From: Legionellales bacterium
GTDB taxonomy: Bacteria > Pseudomonadota > Gammaproteobacteria > UBA1113
Assembly (NCBI GenBank): GCA_002707205.1
Contig: PAMH01000013.1
Location: forward strand, 1-62,748
Length of the DNA: 62,748 nt
Direction of reading: 5' to 3'
Shown: in pieces, positions 29,448 to 40,185 of the stretch
Layout: each line of letters starts with the position of its first letter
Numbering within the stretch: position 1 is the first letter of the stretch
Notes under the pieces: model-generated
What the model was told of the DNA's origin: nothing
The model's database searches: none
The model's input: the letters and a program-made list of their open reading frames with translations, nothing else
Position numbers and translations under genes: made by a program

Positions 29448-30230
29448 CTAACCTCGCCCTCCAACAATACGATCTTCCGGAATTGTTTCAGATTTAGGTG
29501 CTGTAACATAAGGTGGTATTATCCCTTGCATACGCATTATTGCACCTGAGTGACGCTCATACGGTGCAACCATGTCTGGTGACGAATAATAATAAATATT
29601 ACTCTTATCCGCTGCTAATGCACTAATTCCACCACCATTATTTAAAACCTCAGCTTGTGCTTTATCTGTTGTATTCACAAAAATTGTACGTGTATACAAA
29701 CATTTTGCATTCAGACTTGATGTACCAGTTAAAGTTGCATCTAGTCTTTGCACATAACCCGCTAAATAAATATTTGCATCACCATTACCAATAACCCGTA
29801 AATGAGAATTATTTAATCCCGTAATTTTAATATTTCCGGGACCTTTAAAATAAAACCTACTGATATCAGGTACATAAATATCCACATGAACACGATAATA
29901 AGGATTATAGGTATAATCAGGATCCATAAACATGGTTAATGTTTGATCGCTCACCGAATAATGTACCGCATTAACCAACGTCGAATCTCCTTGTAATTCC
30001 ACGCGAGTCACATTTTGATAAGATGGATTAGTTTCCAAATGGAACTCCATATTAAAAGGTCCCGTTGCGCTCACTGAATTAAACATAGGAAACGTCCCTC
30101 CTTTTTTGGTATGAAAACCAGAAGGCGTTAATTCAGTAACTTTGGGGTGTGCGGCTTGTTCTAGTGATGAACAAGCCGTTAATAAAGCACAAAAAATCAA
30201 CAAAAACGTCGTGAGCATGCGTATTCGCAT
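29448..30230 (-). CDS. Lipoprotein with a DUF2807/GIN (putative adhesin head) beta-helix domain
   Basis: It has a lipobox (LLTACS). Repeated beta-strand units (GPGNIKITGLNNSHLRVIGNGDANIYLAGYVQRLDATLTGTSSLNA) are characteristic of DUF2807. Confidence 0.6.
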   Translation of the reverse strand: MRIRMLTTFLLIFCALLTACSSLEQAAHPKVTELTPSGFHTKKGGTFPMFNSVSATGPFNMEFHLETNPSYQNVTRVELQGDSTLVNAVHYSVSDQTLTMFMDPDYTYNPYYRVHVDIYVPDISRFYFKGPGNIKITGLNNSHLRVIGNGDANIYLAGYVQRLDATLTGTSSLNAKCLYTRTIFVNTTDKAQAEVLNNGGGISALAADKSNIYYYSSPDMVAPYERHSGAIMRMQGIIPPYVTAPKSETIPEDRIVGGRG

Positions 30231-30421
30231 TAATTTCCTCTAATATGATTAAACTCCCTTCATGCTACATTAAGCTATTCAGACTATTTACGCAACATCT
30301 ATTCAAAATACGCACATAATATAAACAAGATACATTTGTGCAAAATCAATTGTAAACAGTCATAAGTTTTTTTGGTATGATAAGCCACAATCTTCAGTTA
30401 TAAAAACAAGAGACTATATTT

Positions 30422-32722
30422 ATGATGGACATTAATAAACAAATAGCATTAGAGTTATCAATTAGACCTGAGCAAGTACAAGCAGCTGTGACATTATTAG
30501 ATGATGGTGCAACTGTGCCTTTTATTTCACGTTATCGAAAGGAAGTCACGGGCAGTCTAGATGATACTATTTTACGTAATTTAGAAGAAAGACTTGCATA
30601 TTTACGTGAACTTGAAGAGCGAAAATTAACAATCCTTAAAAGTATTAAAGAGCAAGAAAAGCTCACGCCAGAACTTGAAAAAGCCATTTTATCTGCCGAT
30701 ACAAAAACGCGTGTTGAAGATTTATATTTACCTTATAAACCTAAACGTAGAACAAAAGCACAAATTGCCAAAGAAGCCGGTATTGAACCATTAGCACTTG
30801 CTATCTTAAATGATCAAAGTCTTAATCCAGAACAAGCTGCTAATGCATATGTTAACGTAGAAAAAGGATTTACAGACATTAAAGCTGTACTGGATGGCGC
30901 AAAACAAATTCTCATGGAAAACTTTGCTGAAAATGCTGAATTAATTGGCCAAATTAGAGATTATTTATGGCAGCATGCAAAAGTTATTGCAACCGTTGTC
31001 AAAGGCAAAGAAGAGGAAGGACAAAAATTTTCTGACTATTACTCATATGAAGAACCTATCAATAAAATACCCTCTCACCGAGCACTCGCAATTTTACGTG
31101 GCCGCCGTGAAGGTATTTTAAACCTCACGCTGGTTATTCCTGAACCCGAAAATCAAGCATTTAATGAACCTGAAAAAATGATTGCAGCGCATTTTAATAT
31201 CATGACAAATCAAACTGCAACCACTTGGCTTAATGAAGTTGTTCGCTGGACTTGGAAAATTAAAGTCAACACACAATTAGAATTAGAAATTATCAATGAT
31301 GTGCGTAAAAAATCTGAAACAGAAGCAATTCATGTTTTTGCTGAGAACTTACGGGCATTATTGCTTGCTGCGCCTGCCGGCATGAAAGTAACCATGGGGC
31401 TAGATCCCGGTTTACGTACAGGTGTTAAAGTTGTTGTAGTCGATGCAACTGGCAAGCTTCTTGAGTACGTAACTATATACCCACATGTACCAAGAAAAGA
31501 ATGGGATAAGTCTATACAAATACTAGCAACATTGTGTGAAAAACATAACGTTGAACTAATCAGTATTGGTAACGGAACAGCCTCTAGAGAAACTGAAAAA
31601 TTAGTTTCTGAGTTGACTAAACAACATAAAGCACTTAATTTATCAAAAATTGTAGTCTCTGAAGCCGGCGCATCGGTCTATTCTGCATCAGCGCTTGCAG
31701 CAAAAGAATTTCCAGACTTAGATGTAACTATTCGGGGGGCTGTCTCTATTGCTCGTAGACTGCAAGACCCATTAGCAGAACTGGTTAAAATTGATCCCAA
31801 GTCAATTGGCGTTGGTCAATATCAACATGATGTTAATCAACCACAATTAGCTAAAAGTCTTAAAAATGTCGTTGAAGATTGTGTTAATGCCGTTGGTGTT
31901 GATTTAAATACCGCTTCAGCAGAACTATTGTCTTATATTGCAGGACTCAATGATACAATTGCGCAAAATATTATTGCGTTTAGAGATGAAAAAGGTATTT
32001 TTAATAATCGCCAAGAATTATTAAATGTTACTCGTTTAGGTGAGAAAACTTTTGAACAAGCTGCAGGATTTTTACGTATTCCCAATGGTGATAATCCATT
32101 AGATTCATCCTCTGTACATCCCGAAGCTTATCCTGTTGTTAAATCTATTTTAGAAAAAAATAGCAAGGTTTTAAAAGAAATTATTGGTAACAGCGACTTT
32201 CTTAAAAATTTACGTGCAGTTGAATACACAGATGAGCAATTTGGTTTACCAACCGTTACAGATATTATAAAAGAACTTGAAAAACCTGGGCGCGATCCTA
32301 GGCCTGAATTTAAAACGGCTGTGTTTATAGATGGCATTGAAGAAATTAAAGATTTAAAAGAAGGCATGGTACTAGAAGGCGTAGTCTCTAATGTTGCTAA
32401 CTTTGGTGCTTTTGTTGATATTGGCGTACATCAAGATGGCCTAGTGCATATTTCTGAACTGGCAAACACTTTTGTCAGTGATCCTCGTACTGTTGTTAAA
32501 GTCGGTGATATCGTAAAAGTTAAAGTTTTAGAAGTTGATGAAAAAAGAAAACGGATTAATCTTACCATGCGTATTAATAAGCAAGGCGCATCAAACAAAA
32601 CAACAGAAACTAAAGATCAACAACCAAGGCAAACAAATCGTCCGAAACAAAAAAGTCCTAGACAAGAAGCTTCACCATCAGCAATGGGCGAAGCATTACT
32701 TGCTGCATTACAAAAAAAATAA
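30422..32722 (+). CDS. tex: Transcription accessory protein Tex
   Basis: The Tex N-terminus is present ([24 protein letters not shown]), with YqgF-like and HhH regions. A C-terminal S1 domain is present ([33 protein letters not shown]). Confidence 0.92.
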   Translation: MMDINKQIALELSIRPEQVQAAVTLLDDGATVPFISRYRKEVTGSLDDTILRNLEERLAYLRELEERKLTILKSIKEQEKLTPELEKAILSADTKTRVEDLYLPYKPKRRTKAQIAKEAGIEPLALAILNDQSLNPEQAANAYVNVEKGFTDIKAVLDGAKQILMENFAENAELIGQIRDYLWQHAKVIATVVKGKEEEGQKFSDYYSYEEPINKIPSHRALAILRGRREGILNLTLVIPEPENQAFNEPEKMIAAHFNIMTNQTATTWLNEVVRWTWKIKVNTQLELEIINDVRKKSETEAIHVFAENLRALLLAAPAGMKVTMGLDPGLRTGVKVVVVDATGKLLEYVTIYPHVPRKEWDKSIQILATLCEKHNVELISIGNGTASRETEKLVSELTKQHKALNLSKIVVSEAGASVYSASALAAKEFPDLDVTIRGAVSIARRLQDPLAELVKIDPKSIGVGQYQHDVNQPQLAKSLKNVVEDCVNAVGVDLNTASAELLSYIAGLNDTIAQNIIAFRDEKGIFNNRQELLNVTRLGEKTFEQAAGFLRIPNGDNPLDSSSVHPEAYPVVKSILEKNSKVLKEIIGNSDFLKNLRAVEYTDEQFGLPTVTDIIKELEKPGRDPRPEFKTAVFIDGIEEIKDLKEGMVLEGVVSNVANFGAFVDIGVHQDGLVHISELANTFVSDPRTVVKVGDIVKVKVLEVDEKRKRINLTMRINKQGASNKTTETKDQQPRQTNRPKQKSPRQEASPSAMGEALLAALQKK

Positions 32723-32771
32723 AACATGATTGCTAAATAATGTTAATATGTTGGTGGCTTGAATGTCAGTT

Positions 32772-35540
32772 CTATAGTTTATTTACTGTACCAAAGTCAT
32801 CAACATATCCTGGAATATCTGAAGTCAACATACCAGAAGGGTCATTAACACCTACGTTTCCTAATGTTTTTAATGCTATTTGGAAATAAACACGATTATC
32901 AAAGACCGGATTATTGTTATTATCTAAATAATTAAATTCTCGTCCGGCCATTACTCGAGCTGACCAACAACAAGTATCATACTGTAGTCCAGCATAATAG
33001 GTTTGAGGATAGTTATGACTAATATTATAATTCCAACGGCCTACAAATTCCCACTTCTGCGTAATTGGCCAAACAGTTGAAATATCTGCTTGATTTAAAT
33101 TATTTTTATAACTATTTGAAGGAATGGTTGTGCCGTCACTTGGAATAAAAGCATCACCACCCTGCAAAAAGTTATATCCAATATTAAAAATATGGGCGTT
33201 ATCAAATTTATATTGGAAGGTTAAGTTAGCATTATTTAATTCATTATCGCTGGGATTATAAGCCGCATCACCTATAACATGCCAATATTTTGCAACTTCA
33301 TAATCTAATTCTGCAGCAATTGGGGATGTCACACTATCTGGAGAAACTTCATTATCCAATGTAACTAAATCTAAAGTATCCTCATCTAGATTTACACGTC
33401 TATTTTCAAAATAATAAATTTGTCCAATACTAAAGCGTGCTTTTTCATCGCCTGTTTTATTATCAATAAAACGTGTTGTAACTGCCGCAGAAAGTTGATT
33501 TGCATCACCAATACGATCAAAACCAGAATAGCGGTTTGTTTGAAATAATTGTGAAAAGCTAAATGGATTAATGGTTGTATCAAATAAAGGAATATCATTT
33601 TGATCTTGATAGGGCACATAAAGATAAAATAATCTTGGCTCCAAAGTCTGTGTATAACTATGTGAAAATAAATTACCTTGCCGATCAAAAAATAAACCTG
33701 AGTCAATATCTATAATTGGCAAAACACTCGTGATATTACTCGCATCACCAGGTGTCTGATGTTGTAAATCGTACTCACGCATGGTTAACTGTAAATCAGG
33801 TTTTATATAACCCCACGTCCAATATTTTGCATAGTAGATATCTGGATCTAAATATGTTCTATCGCCTTCAACCGGTATTGTATCATCACCTGGATTTTTA
33901 TTAATCGCGAAATCATCAAACTGGGTATCAATTTTAAAGTTTAAATTATTTGGCAAACCTGGATAATTACCACTTAATAATAACTCAGGTAATTTTTTAT
34001 ATTGATTTAAAACTGGACTTTGATTGACTGGATGCAAAGTTTGATATGCTTGCATTTGTCCGGTGAAATGCCAATGTTGGCTATTATAATAAATATCACC
34101 TTCATTAAGAATTTGATTATCAGTAATTTGTGCCGGATCACTACTAAAATCTTCAAAATAATAATCATCACTGGCCTTATTTAAATATAAATAACTTGAC
34201 CAATTGACATTGTAACTACGATTATCTTTAAGCGACACAAAGTATCGGTCATCACTACTATTATCTAAACGATTTAGTTCTGATTGTTGTAAGGATGATG
34301 GTGGTGCATCACTACCTAAAATTTCACTTTGTGATTCATCCTGAAATGAAGCAAATTCACGATCATTTGGCAAAAAACTCGCATGAAAATTTCCTGCACT
34401 ATCAGGTGTTAAATAACGAAAAATACCATTTAATTGTAAACCTCTCGTTGACATAATATCTGGCGTGATAGTTGCATCATAATTGGGGGCAATATTCCAG
34501 TAAAAAGGAATACCTAAATCAAGACCCGTGTTTGTAGAAGAACCAAACGTAGGATACAAGAAACCTGTTTTACGCCGATCATCGATAGGGAATGAAAAAT
34601 AAGGCGCATAAAAAACTGGGATATTACCTAAATATAATACCGCATTTGTCGCCTCACCACGCCCCGTGTCTTTATTTAATGTCAGTGTGTTTGAGGTTAA
34701 ATTCCAACCGGCCGTTGCCGGCGGGCAAGCTGTATAAGTACCCTTATAGACTTTAACCACTCCCGATGGTAAACGTTCAACTTGATGTGCTGTACCCCAA
34801 CTGTTTAATGTATTGAGCACAACATTGTCACTAATAGGATTACCGGCTGCATCCTTGGGCTCAATTACCGGCGTAGATGACATACGATAAATAACATCAT
34901 TTAAAGAACCGGCTTTATCATCTAAATTAAAATGCCCCTTATCACCAATCATTAATGTACCTGGTTCGCGTAATATAACACCACCCAACGCATCGATAGT
35001 AACAATTTTTTGTGTTTTAGGATCTCGATTTAAATATACAGTATCAGACTGAATTTTACGATTAGGCTGGGTAACTATGACATTTCCAGATAAAACTGAG
35101 CCGCTGGTTTGTGAAAACTGACTTTGATCGGCTGAAATATGTACAGGCGCTTTATTATCTTTAGCTTCATAAATATCTTTATAATATAAATTAGGCTCAG
35201 TATAATAACCTCCGCATATTTGATTAGGCAATTTTTTAGGCACCCAACCAATATATCCAGCAATTTGTTCAGCAGAAAGTGTTTTAGGATCAATTTTTTT
35301 ATAATTTATTGGTGTATTATCTTTAGTAACTGTAGGCTTTGCCGATGATTTAGCCTTTTTTTGAGGCGCTTTATTTAATGGTTCATGTGTTTTTATTGCA
35401 CTCACTTTATCATGACATGTCCACGTTGTACCAATTTGCTCACAATCCCACGGTGAATTTGATGCATATAGTGAACTCATAACAAATAGGCTACTTAGAC
35501 TAATCGCTAAACAAGATAATTTCACACCTTGTTTTGGCAT
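32772..35540 (-). CDS. lptD: LPS-assembly outer membrane protein LptD
   Basis: A signal peptide starts from M at 35540 (MPKQGVKLSCLAISLSSLFVMSSLYA). The product has an OstA-like N-domain, a large beta-barrel and a C-terminal aromatic-rich end. The ORF-track start at 35606 was judged too long. Confidence 0.9.
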   Translation of the reverse strand: MPKQGVKLSCLAISLSSLFVMSSLYASNSPWDCEQIGTTWTCHDKVSAIKTHEPLNKAPQKKAKSSAKPTVTKDNTPINYKKIDPKTLSAEQIAGYIGWVPKKLPNQICGGYYTEPNLYYKDIYEAKDNKAPVHISADQSQFSQTSGSVLSGNVIVTQPNRKIQSDTVYLNRDPKTQKIVTIDALGGVILREPGTLMIGDKGHFNLDDKAGSLNDVIYRMSSTPVIEPKDAAGNPISDNVVLNTLNSWGTAHQVERLPSGVVKVYKGTYTACPPATAGWNLTSNTLTLNKDTGRGEATNAVLYLGNIPVFYAPYFSFPIDDRRKTGFLYPTFGSSTNTGLDLGIPFYWNIAPNYDATITPDIMSTRGLQLNGIFRYLTPDSAGNFHASFLPNDREFASFQDESQSEILGSDAPPSSLQQSELNRLDNSSDDRYFVSLKDNRSYNVNWSSYLYLNKASDDYYFEDFSSDPAQITDNQILNEGDIYYNSQHWHFTGQMQAYQTLHPVNQSPVLNQYKKLPELLLSGNYPGLPNNLNFKIDTQFDDFAINKNPGDDTIPVEGDRTYLDPDIYYAKYWTWGYIKPDLQLTMREYDLQHQTPGDASNITSVLPIIDIDSGLFFDRQGNLFSHSYTQTLEPRLFYLYVPYQDQNDIPLFDTTINPFSFSQLFQTNRYSGFDRIGDANQLSAAVTTRFIDNKTGDEKARFSIGQIYYFENRRVNLDEDTLDLVTLDNEVSPDSVTSPIAAELDYEVAKYWHVIGDAAYNPSDNELNNANLTFQYKFDNAHIFNIGYNFLQGGDAFIPSDGTTIPSNSYKNNLNQADISTVWPITQKWEFVGRWNYNISHNYPQTYYAGLQYDTCCWSARVMAGREFNYLDNNNNPVFDNRVYFQIALKTLGNVGVNDPSGMLTSDIPGYVDDFGTVNKL

Positions 35541-35923
35541 TATTTTTTTTGAATGTTCCAAACCTATTAAAGACATGTATCCCTTGTTCATAAATATTCT
35601 AATCAATGCTAAAGCTTAGCTCAGCATCACAACTGCTCATCGCTGATAAATATGAGCTATTTTACATCAACTATGCGCTATCTGCATCTAAAACTTAGAT
35701 AATGTCAAATCAAAATTGAAATATTGCTATACCAATAAGCAAATATCTACACATCATCATCGAGTAATAAAAACAGTATGATTAATCAATTACCAGTATA
35801 AATATTTTTCACCCACTTTTTATGACTCACGTAATAACCTTTCTTAATAATGACAATAAAATACGCTTTATCTAAGCTATGTTATAATTTTCTAAAATTT
35901 AAAATGATGCAGGAAATATTATC

Positions 35924-36916
35924 ATGCCTGAACGTTATGAACTGTTAGAAAATTGGTTAGATACTGTCTTTGATAAAGAAAAATATGTACTGACTAAACT
36001 TGCCGGCGATGCAAGTTTTCGCTGCTACTATCGTGTACAGACAACAACAAAAAGTTATATTCTAATGGATGCACCACCAAATCAAGAATGCTGTGAAAGT
36101 TTTGTTGCCATTGATGGACTGTTATCCTCAAAAGGTATACATGCGCCAGAAATTTTTCATCAAAATCAAAAAGATGGGTTTTTATTATTAGAAGATTTTG
36201 GTGATGATGTGCTTTTAAAAATATTATCGCCAAAAAATGCAGATGAAAATTATAAAAAGGCCATCGATATTATTTGTCTTATGCAAAAAATCCAGCACAC
36301 AGCACAAATACCTACATTTGATTACACATTTATCCAGCAAGAGCTCAATTTATTTAAAACTTGGTTTTTAGAAAAATTATTAGTTTATACACTCCCAGAT
36401 AATGAAGCAAAAATAATTGATAACTTTTTTCATCATCTAGCTGAACAAATTATGCAGCAACCTTATGTATTTATACATCGTGATTTCCATGCCAGAAATT
36501 TAATGTCATTATCAACCGGAGAACTTGGTGTCTTAGATTTTCAAGATGCGATGTTAGGTCCTATAAGTTACGACTTAGTTTCATTACTGAAAGATGCTTA
36601 TATTAGTTGGCCACGACAAAAACAGGAGTTATGGTTAAGTTATTATCATAACCAAGCGCTAAAACAGGGTATCTTGAATAATTATGCTTTAGGACAACTG
36701 TATAATGATTTTGATATTATAGGTTTGCAACGCCATATTAAAATAATTGGCATTTTTTCAAGATTGGCCATCCGTGATGGTAAAACACAATACTTAAATG
36801 ATATACCGCGTGTGTTACACTATACATTAGATGCATTAACACGTATTGAATTATATCACGATGTCTATCAGCTATTTACTAAAAAATTACAACCGTTATT
36901 TGAAAACCACCAATAG
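35924..36916 (+). CDS. amgK: Aminoglycoside-phosphotransferase-fold kinase, anomeric MurNAc/GlcNAc kinase (AmgK)-like
   Basis: It has the APH-fold catalytic region FIHRDFHARNLM and LGVLDFQDA. It lies divergent from lptD and directly upstream of a MurU-like gene, as in Pseudomonas. Confidence 0.7.
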   Translation: MPERYELLENWLDTVFDKEKYVLTKLAGDASFRCYYRVQTTTKSYILMDAPPNQECCESFVAIDGLLSSKGIHAPEIFHQNQKDGFLLLEDFGDDVLLKILSPKNADENYKKAIDIICLMQKIQHTAQIPTFDYTFIQQELNLFKTWFLEKLLVYTLPDNEAKIIDNFFHHLAEQIMQQPYVFIHRDFHARNLMSLSTGELGVLDFQDAMLGPISYDLVSLLKDAYISWPRQKQELWLSYYHNQALKQGILNNYALGQLYNDFDIIGLQRHIKIIGIFSRLAIRDGKTQYLNDIPRVLHYTLDALTRIELYHDVYQLFTKKLQPLFENHQ

Positions 36917-36929
36917 ATGGATAAATTAA

Positions 36930-37598
36930 ATGAAAGCAATAATCCTCGCTGCAGGTGAGGGGCGAAGACTAAAGCCATTAACCGATCATATACCTAAACC
37001 ACTGCTTAAAATTAATGGACAATGCTTAATTGAATATCACATCAATGCCTTGGTTAAAGCGGGCATCAATGAAATTATCATTAATGTTTCTCACCTTGGA
37101 CAACAAATCATAGATACGTTGGGTGATGGTCATCGATATAATGCTAAACTAGCTTACTCTATTGAATCTGAACCATTAGAAACAGCGGGGGGAATTTTAA
37201 AAGCTTTGCCGCTACTGGGTTCAAACCCATTTATTGCAATAAGTGCTGATATTTTTACAGATTACCATTTTAAAAACTTAGTAGACTTACCTATTCATTT
37301 AGCACACCTCGTATTGACAGATAATCCACCCTTTCACCCCAACGGTGATTTTGCCTTAGAGAAATCTATAGTTAAAAATGATGGTAAGCCACTATATAAT
37401 TTTGCAGGCATCAGTGTTCTATCCCCATTATTATTTAAAGATTGCAAATCTGGTAAATTTTCTTTAGCCCCGTTATTGCGCTCTGCAATTAATAATTTTG
37501 CGGTGAGTGGCGAGTACTTTCAAGGTATTTGGCATAATATTGGTACTATGGAAATTTATCAAACAGTACAACAGAAATTTGCAAACAATAAGGTCTAA
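36930..37598 (+). CDS. murU: Nucleotidyltransferase, MurNAc-alpha-1-phosphate uridylyltransferase (MurU)-like
   Basis: It has the N-terminal sugar-nucleotidyltransferase motif MKAIILAAGEGRRLKPLTDHIPKPLL. The product is 222 aa and the gene is coupled to the amgK-like gene. Confidence 0.7.
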   Translation: MKAIILAAGEGRRLKPLTDHIPKPLLKINGQCLIEYHINALVKAGINEIIINVSHLGQQIIDTLGDGHRYNAKLAYSIESEPLETAGGILKALPLLGSNPFIAISADIFTDYHFKNLVDLPIHLAHLVLTDNPPFHPNGDFALEKSIVKNDGKPLYNFAGISVLSPLLFKDCKSGKFSLAPLLRSAINNFAVSGEYFQGIWHNIGTMEIYQTVQQKFANNKV

Positions 37599-37604
37599 TG
37601 GCAG

Positions 37605-38180
37605 ATGCAATTAATCTCGACCCTTAGAAAAAAAATGAAAACTGCAAGAAAGAATTTACCTCAATCTTTTCAATCTGATGCTGCAATCGCTATCTATAAA
37701 AAGTTTATGCAACTTAATTTATTAAAAGAGAAAAATAATATCGCTGGCTATTTATCAGTTAATGGTGAAGTGGATACTCTATTATTTCAACAGGCTATAT
37801 GGCATGCAAAAAAAAATTATTTTCTGCCTGTCATGACTGGCACACCAGATGAAAAGCTTCTATTTCATCCTTACAACTCTGCCACAAAAACACAGCATGT
37901 AAATTTTAATATTATTGAGCCTGTGCCATCAGACCCTATCTTGCCTCAACAATTAGACTTAGTACTTGTGCCATTAGTTGCCTTTGATGAAAAATGTCAA
38001 AGAATAGGTATGGGTAAAGGTTTTTACGATAAAACATTTGCGTTTCGCAAAAATTATCCTTCTCCATTACTCATTGGTTTGGCTTATGAAATGCAGAGAA
38101 CTCATCAACTAAAATTAAATGACTGGGATGTTGCGCTTGATATAATCATTACAGAACAACATGTTTATTATAAAAAATAA
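37605..38180 (+). CDS. 5-formyltetrahydrofolate cyclo-ligase
   Basis: LVLVPLVAFDEKCQRIGMGKGFYDKT matches the family motif. The product is 191 aa. Confidence 0.8.
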   Translation: MQLISTLRKKMKTARKNLPQSFQSDAAIAIYKKFMQLNLLKEKNNIAGYLSVNGEVDTLLFQQAIWHAKKNYFLPVMTGTPDEKLLFHPYNSATKTQHVNFNIIEPVPSDPILPQQLDLVLVPLVAFDEKCQRIGMGKGFYDKTFAFRKNYPSPLLIGLAYEMQRTHQLKLNDWDVALDIIITEQHVYYKK

Positions 38181-38227
38181 TTTGATCTTTAAATTTTATA
38201 CAAAATACAAAGTCATTTAAGCATAAA

Positions 38228-39406
38228 TTATGAATCTTCTTGTTTAATAAACTTTGCGGAAATTATTGCAGCAATTGCAAGCCCCGTTAAAATTAATGCT
38301 AAAGGTAGCTGTGTATCTGTTGTCACATGTGCAGCAATATAACTACTGATATACCCACAAAATAATTGTAAAAAACTATATAAAGCACTAACAATACCAA
38401 ATTTAGCATCAAATACAGTAAAAGCAATTAATGAAGCATTCGAAAATATAAAACCAGTTCCTAATAAAAAAATCAGATAAGGAATTAAAATAGCAGCCAC
38501 ACTAAATAAGTGTAAGACGTATGTTACTAGCATTAATAGTCCGCCGAGCAACATTAAAATTCGTCCTATTTTCATTGCTTGAAATGATGTGGAACGCTTC
38601 AAAAAAATCACATTGCCACCTCGACCTAACAACATAACAAGCATAATAAAAATAGTTAACCATCCGTAATTAATAACGGATAACCCTAATACACTTTGAA
38701 AAAGAAAGGGGCTAATAGCTACATAAGCTAATATACCTGAAATACATGCCCCTGCCGTTATTGCACAAGATAAAAACTGCGCATGCTTAAATGTATTCAC
38801 ATAATCAATGCATATTTGCTTTATTTTAAATGGTTGAATATGTTTACGCGCGACTGTTTCAGGTAGAAAAATAATCACCATAACAACCACAAAAACCATA
38901 TACACAGTTAATACATAAAATACTGCTCGCCAATCAAAATAATATTCTATATAACTACCAATAATAGGTGCAATAGCTGGAATCATACCAAAAATCAAAC
39001 TTAAATATGCTAATAATTTTGATAACATTTCACCTTTCAAGACATCACGTATCATAGAACGCACTAAAGTCAATGAACAAGCAACCCCAAGTCCTTGTAT
39101 CAATCGTCCTAATAACAATGTATCAATATGCTGTGCTAAAACACAAAATAAACTACCGATAAAACCTAAAGAGATGCCTATAATTAATATTTTTTTTCGT
39201 CCATAGCTATCTGATAATGGACCCCAAATTAATTGCCCAAAACCAAAACCTAACATGTATAACGAAACGGTAAGTTTGGCCAAATAATCTGACACTTGAA
39301 AGTACTGAGCAATATGTGGTAATGAAGGCACATACATATCAGATGCAATAGCACCAGTTAATAAAATAAAAATTAAAATACAAAAAAATGGTACTAACGT
39401 TTTCAT
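38228..39406 (-). CDS. MFS drug efflux transporter (Bcr/CflA-like)
   Basis: It has about 12 TM helices and the MFS motif GPLSDSYGRKKILIIG after TM2. The start MKTLVPFF at 39406 was preferred. Confidence 0.8.
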   Translation of the reverse strand: MKTLVPFFCILIFILLTGAIASDMYVPSLPHIAQYFQVSDYLAKLTVSLYMLGFGFGQLIWGPLSDSYGRKKILIIGISLGFIGSLFCVLAQHIDTLLLGRLIQGLGVACSLTLVRSMIRDVLKGEMLSKLLAYLSLIFGMIPAIAPIIGSYIEYYFDWRAVFYVLTVYMVFVVVMVIIFLPETVARKHIQPFKIKQICIDYVNTFKHAQFLSCAITAGACISGILAYVAISPFLFQSVLGLSVINYGWLTIFIMLVMLLGRGGNVIFLKRSTSFQAMKIGRILMLLGGLLMLVTYVLHLFSVAAILIPYLIFLLGTGFIFSNASLIAFTVFDAKFGIVSALYSFLQLFCGYISSYIAAHVTTDTQLPLALILTGLAIAAIISAKFIKQEDS

Positions 39407-39627
39407 CTTATTCTCATGCAAACGTTCCAGTGTGATTTTAATATTAAAATATTTCTTTCTCATTATTTGATATTCTCGTTTATAGTTTTACACCATTTAA
39501 TATTTTAATGTATAAAGTTCTCTCGTATTATGAACAATAGAAGTTAGATAAATAATGACATGAAGTCATATTATTTCGTTGACTCGTGTTGGTCAAAAAA
39601 GACAAAAATAAAAAAAGTTATTACTTA

Positions 39628-40185
39628 TTAGTTACCAATTTTAGTTAACTTTTCATTGGTGAATTCAAAAACTATTGGTTGACCCGAAGGTGCATCATAA
39701 GTCCATGTGATAATTTGTTGTTGTGGTGTTTTTACTTTTTGCTGTTGACTATGTACAAAATCAGGACGGCCACAGCTATCCATAACAGACTGCGCCGATT
39801 GCCCCAATTTAACTTGCATACCGGTACGGCATAAGTTTGAGCTCATGACATGACGACCTTGAACACTGATTAAATTAACTTTGTTATTTACAATTTGAAA
39901 AGTCACATCTGGCGGATACTCCGTATCAGACTGAGGTGTTGGTGAATCAAACCGTGTTTGAATTGGCTGATGCGTATACGTCCAATTTTGTATAAAAAGA
40001 TTTTTTTCACCACTACTTGCAACTTTCACTTCATGATCCGGTGTACCACAAATACGCTGTACCTCTTGTAAGGTGTCACCAATATTGACATAACCATGGC
40101 CTTTTTGTGAACTACAAAAATAAGCATAAGTATTACTGCTCATGCCTAATAATAAGATCAAAAAAAGTAACCACTTAGTGCGCAA
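39628..40185 (-). CDS. Secreted protein with two DUF2845-like repeats
   Basis: The TTG start at 40185 lies 9 nt after GGGAG, inside the rpoH 3' end (11-nt overlap). It has a signal peptide (MRTKWLLFLILLLGMSSNTYA). Two repeats are present: C..G.V.IGDT..EV...CGTPD and C..G..V.LGQS..SV...CGRPD. Confidence 0.5.
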   Translation of the reverse strand: MRTKWLLFLILLLGMSSNTYAYFCSSQKGHGYVNIGDTLQEVQRICGTPDHEVKVASSGEKNLFIQNWTYTHQPIQTRFDSPTPQSDTEYPPDVTFQIVNNKVNLISVQGRHVMSSNLCRTGMQVKLGQSAQSVMDSCGRPDFVHSQQQKVKTPQQQIITWTYDAPSGQPIVFEFTNEKLTKIGN

